The position numbers and the translations under genes were made by a program. The notes beneath the pieces are model-generated. The model was not told where the DNA came from, made no database searches, and was given only the letters and a program-made list of their open reading frames with translations. A stretch of 64,000 nucleotides of DNA from Octopus sinensis (lineage: Eukaryota), in NCBI RefSeq assembly GCF_006345805.1, contig NC_043000.1:148614001-148678000 (forward strand). Reading direction: 5' to 3'. This document shows positions 59,651 to 64,000 of the stretch, piece after piece. How positions within the stretch are numbered: the stretch's first letter is position 1; every line of letters starts with the position of its first letter.

Positions 59651-59949
59651 CAAACACACATACATGTATGCATGCATGCATGCATACATACATACATACA
59701 TACATACATACATACATACATACATACATACATACATACATACATACATGCATACGTACGTACGTACGTACGTACATTATGGCTGCCTCCTCGTTATCAA
59801 GTATGGCCATTGCACGAAGCTTAACTGTTACTGGCGCTGTGATCGAATGTGACTTTTTAGCCCAGCTAAAGATCTACAATGTCTTGTACAGAATTGGCAG
59901 CTAAAACCTTTACCGGTAATAGCCGGCTGTAGTTGTAACTGGGCTTCAT

Positions 59950-60205
59950 GTTAGTTAGTTAGTTAGTTAGTTAATTTGGCTCAAAAGCAAATAGCAAGGC
60001 CATGTAGGGGGACATGGAGTTAAGTACAGGGTGGTGTTCATGTAAAGAGTTCAGGCCACTTGAGGTCAGGGAGGCTTTGAACAAAGCGGTCGTCGGCATC
60101 TTCACCATCTCGTCTGGCAGCTTGTTCCACGGATCCGCAACCCGGACGGAGAAAGCTCCTCTCCTTCGATTGAGATGAAATCGTCGCAGGTTATAGAAGG
60201 AGCCT
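59950..60205 (-). mobile_element. CR1-clade LINE 3' end with (TAAC)n tail, nested in the RTE
   Basis: RRFHLNRRRGAFSVRVADPWNKLPDEMV...FKASL matches the CR1 FSxRVxxxWNxLP motif. Confidence 0.85.
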
Positions 60206-60578
60206 TTGCATGTCGTTTAAGTCCTCCTGTCGAATTACACTCTCTTCCACATGCCCGACAGATATGATTAGTATGGTGTGTTACACCACCACCGGTGGCC
60301 AGGTTGTCACTCATCTGTCTCGCTTTATGACTACGAAGATGACTCTCGAGTCCAGCTTTACTGAGGCAGGGTCTTGCACAGACACTGCATGTCAGCATCA
60401 TAGGAAGACCCTTCCCATCTGGAAGAGTAACAGCGATGCCCTTCCTGACATCCTTCCTTACTTTCTCATGTGCAACTCGAGATTTCTCAAAAGTGGCTGT
60501 CCCCTCGTGCACAATCCTTCTCCACCTGCTACGATCAATAGCTATGCCTTCCCATGCGTCAGGAGATATGCAAGCATC

Positions 60579-61162
60579 TGTAGTGATCCTATATAACGGT
60601 GCGCGCTCGCGCACCGTCCATTTCTGTTTCGCGCGTGCGGGATTGGTGCTTCCACCACCGGAAGTAGGACCATTTGCCTACGTGGCAGTTTAGCCGCGAG
60701 GCAAGGGGATCGTAGGACGTTGACCACCAGCGTCCAGTAGGCAGTGACTTGAGACACGGCTATCGAAGGTACAAGACGTGTAGTTCTCTCTCTCTGTCCG
60801 GATTTGATAGCGGCAGTCAGGCTTTTCATAGAAGAAGACGCGTATTATCTTCGTTTCCCCCTGACATTTGTTGCCGACCACATCATCTTCCTTTCTCCGG
60901 ACGCCATCTTTGACCAGTGTCGTTAGCATTTGAACACTGTAAATTCTACAGCGATAAAGTTCAGCTCTGACACATCTATACCAAAGGGATACCAGATACA
61001 CCACTTATTGGTTACTGTCATAAGAGAATAAAGTAGATATATATTTTTTACGTCTGCGTCTTGTTGTTTCTGACTGGTAGAATCTGGATATTAAAGCAAC
61101 GGAAAGTGATTGCAGCAACTGCACCCCCAAAAGGTGCAGAGAAGCCGTTCACTTTCGTTACA
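60579..61162 (+). mobile_element. Solo LTR (584 bp), nested in the RTE
   Basis: TG...CA termini (TGTAGTGA / TCGTTACA), 4-bp TSD CATC (60575-60578, 61163-61166), AATAAA at ~61027; excision restores the RTE frame. Confidence 0.9.
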
Positions 61163-62865
61163 CATCTCTTAAGGAAGCCTTCAGCAAGTTCTTATACCTC
61201 TTTTTTGGTTTATGTGGAGGTCGTTCTCCTTTAGCTAACTCTCCATAAAAAAGTTGTTTTGGCATCCTTGAATCCTTCATTCTGACCAGATGACCACTCC
61301 ATCTGAGCCTTTGCTTTAACACAAGAGCTTCTATACTTTCACACCGAGAGCCTTCCAATATTTCAAGATCACTGATGCGGTCCTTCCACTTAATGCCATA
61401 GATCCGTCTGAGACACATCTGATGGAAACGTTCCAATTGTTTAAGGTGGTATCGATATGTGACCCACGTCTCGCAGGTATAGAGAAGAGAAGGGAGCACA
61501 CATGTCTTGTACACTTTTATCTTTGTCTTTCTGCATATGTCTCGCCGACTCCAGAGGCGCTTTTCTAGCCTTCCGAAAGCAACACTTGCTTTCCTACGTA
61601 CGTACATACATACATACATACATACATACATACATACATACATACATACATACATACATACATACATTCATTCATACATACATGTGAGTGTGTTTTTACA
61701 TACGTAAACACATACTGTCATAGATACGGATATGTAGAAAATCATAGCATTTTCCCGTTCGTGTAACAAACTAAGACTTCCAACAGATCGTACCATTATT
61801 TTATGTACTCAGATACACGTAAAAATCCCTTCGAACAAAAACGTAGAGAGAGGGAGAAATGAGCGAATGAGATTACTAAGGACACAGTGACGTCACAAAT
61901 TTTGCTCCCTCTCCATATTCTTCCTTCTCTCCCCCACTCCCCTTGTACTTAACTTACTTTTTTCTCCTCTTTCTTTTACTTGCTTTCTTACACAGTCTTT
62001 TCATTTCGTACAATTCTCTCTCTTTCTCTTTGTACTTTTTTCTGATTTTTTTCTCTTTATTTTCCCGTTAATTCCATTAATCCTCTGCTTTTCTCTCTCC
62101 AACTCGCTATTCTTTTCCATTCACTACTACCATAACTACCAACTGTTTTATTTTCATCTATTTAAGCTACTTCCCTTAACAAAAAAAATAGGTAAGTAAA
62201 AATGCACTATTGCATTGTAATTTATATCTTTAAGGTTAACTGAAGCAAATAGCAGACGAATTATCTGTAAAACAAGTGAGTTACTTGTGGTGGCAAAGGT
62301 GTTAGTTGAGATAGAGTAGTGCTTAATATGGTAAAGAAGTGCGTTTACCCAAAAAGCGATAAGTAGGTGGTTCTAGTCACGTCAGAGGACCTATTCTTTA
62401 TGTTTCCGTCTCAAATTAGTGATATAATTTACGTTTTAACTGTTCAATTGTTAAAATAGTTCGTAAATTATTGAATCAGAGAAAATTAGTCTTTTTGCTT
62501 AGCGAGTTCATATAATGCTGGTGGGGCCACAATGGGAATACTCCGTCTTGGCCTCTTTAGTGTGACTAATTCAGAGAGAGAGAGTATGTGTGTGTGGAAA
62601 GATCTAAGCACTTGATTAGTACTTTATTTATCGACCCCACCAAAGGAATGGAGGGGCAAAGTGGATACCGATTGGAATTGAACTTGGAGTGGAATAAAGG
62701 CTGCATAATATCCATTCCAACGTTCTAATGATTCTGCCAGATCGCCACCGATCTATCTAAACACACACACACACACGTGGATGTGTAAGTGTGTGTGCGA
62801 GTAAATACACACACATACACACATCTCTCTTACATTATCTCTCTCTATATATATATATATCTTTC

Positions 62866-63081
62866 TTTACTACCCACAAGGGGCTAAACATAGAGGGGAC
62901 AAACAAGGACAGACAAAGGCATTAAGTCGATTACATCGACCCCAGTGCGAAACTGGTACTTAATTAATCAACCCCGAAAGGATGAAAGGCAAAGTTGACC
63001 TCGGCGGAATTTGAACTCAGAACGTAACGGCAGACGAAATACCACTAAGCATTTCGCCCGGCGTTCTAACGTTTCTGCCAT
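62866..63081 (-). mobile_element. SINE-A2
   Basis: Matches other A2 copies; head abuts (TACA)n. Confidence 0.9.
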
Positions 63082-63084
63082 GTA

Positions 63085-63115
<31 letters not shown>

Positions 63116-63116
63116 G

Positions 63117-63199
<83 letters not shown>

Positions 63200-63215
63200 T
63201 GGCGTGCGTGCGTGC
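63117..63215. repeat. (GCGT)n microsatellite
   Basis: Directly visible. Confidence 0.97.
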
Positions 63216-63825
63216 GGTGCTGAGCAAATTTCTCTGAAGGTTAATTATTTTGCCTCGCTATTTTTAGTTGTCCTTTTTTTTTTTAGTTACATATATAACA
63301 AAAAAAGTTCCGAAATCAATATTGTAAAGAAAAGGGTAAGGTTTATTTAGTGTTATAAGGACATTTAAAGTTAGTATTGTTAAGGTCACGCAAACACGAG
63401 CACACACTCGCACGTGCGCTCACACATACACACACACACACAATACAAATACACACGCAACACACACACACAAACATATTTGTGCATCCACACTTTCACA
63501 CACATTGATGGAAAGAATGTGTAGATCAAATACGATAAAAAAAACATTGTTGTGTTTTTGCTATTTCAGAACTTCTAATCGATTAAAGGCCGTTGAGCTT
63601 TTGACATTGGCTCATCGAATTCTGATATTTTTTTATTTGTTTTGTTTCTTGTCACACAAACGTGATGCTAAGTCGCAGTTAGAATTTTCAGGATGATACA
63701 GCTGACAAATTCGTACACCATCACCGGTGCTGTATTTTGTCTATGTCAATGGCCAAGACAATTTACATTGTGTGGCCCAATCCACCTAGGTATAAATTGA
63801 TATTATGTAGTGATGTGGGAGCACT

Positions 63826-64000
63826 CCGTCGATTACGACCACGAGGGCCCCAGCTAATGCGATCAACGGAACAGCCTGCTCGTGAAATCAACGTGCAAGT
63901 GGCTGAGCAATCCACTGGCACGTGTACCACTAACGTAGTTCTCAGGGAGATTCAGCGTGACACAAGGCCGGCCCTTTGAAATACAGGTACAACTCATTTT
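63826..64000 (-). mobile_element. SINE with C-type tail, truncated by window edge
   Basis: gcactccgtcgattacgacc...cagcctgctcgtgaaat...ggccggccctttgaaatacaggtac. Confidence 0.85.

Larger units (their letters stand above)
59778..61594 (-). mobile_element. RTE non-LTR retrotransposon, 5'-truncated, hosting a CR1 fragment and a solo LTR
   Basis: KASVAFGRLEKRLW...VLPSLLYTCETW...RLRWSGHLVRMKDSRMPKQLFYGEL...; three C-terminal C2H2-type fingers; stop at 59828-59830; 13-bp TSD tacgtacgtacat at 59765-59777 and 61595-61607. Confidence 0.92.

Noticed and set aside
61887-61896. Perfect CRE palindrome GTGACGTCAC
   Set aside because: Isolated motif with no supported gene nearby; chance occurrence is plausible
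458-63350. The many long ORFs made of YI, HT, CV, MYVC, ER, poly-L/S/R/K repeats
   Set aside because: They are translations of microsatellites lacking stop codons; there are no splice signals or domain content
63692-63789. Plus-strand candidate exon (ttttcag|...ctag|gtataa)
   Set aside because: Weak polypyrimidine tract and donor; two frames are open and neither is recognisable

Overview
Eukaryotic, AT-rich, repeat-saturated genomic DNA. The SINE repertoire and microsatellite density point to a coleoid cephalopod, probably Octopus; this is inferred from pattern recognition, not from a database search. One host gene is well supported. It is on the minus strand and encodes a secreted chitin-binding (peritrophin-A/CBM14) protein, with two coding exons at 11520-11598 and 8447-8659 joined by a clean phase-1 GT-AG intron; its downstream exon(s) could not be identified. 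Almost everything else is mobile DNA or simple repeats. tRNA-derived SINEs carry provisional labels: A with tails A1/A2, B, C, D, G, F and E. Non-LTR fragments include L1/Tx1, RTE, CR1, RLE-type R4/Dong-like and Penelope-like. There is also a solo LTR, an internally deleted mariner, a Kolobok-type transposase relic, a Helitron and a hAT MITE. The most notable observations are: (i) ~195-bp Penelope-type elements carrying minimal hammerhead ribozyme motifs; (ii) a SINE that repeatedly inserts into its own family and has seeded a 183-bp tandem array; (iii) head/tail module shuffling among SINE families; (iv) an RTE with three C-terminal C2H2-type fingers whose ORF is restored by removing a nested solo LTR; (v) a 103-bp target duplication whose three differences are all GA/AA; and (vi) an intronic inverted repeat whose mismatches are G-U compatible mainly on the gene's sense strand. 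Most ORFs in the supplied track are microsatellite or SINE noise. No rRNA, true tRNA or CRISPR array was found. All alignments and folds were done by eye, and repeat boundaries without TSD/TIR support are approximate.
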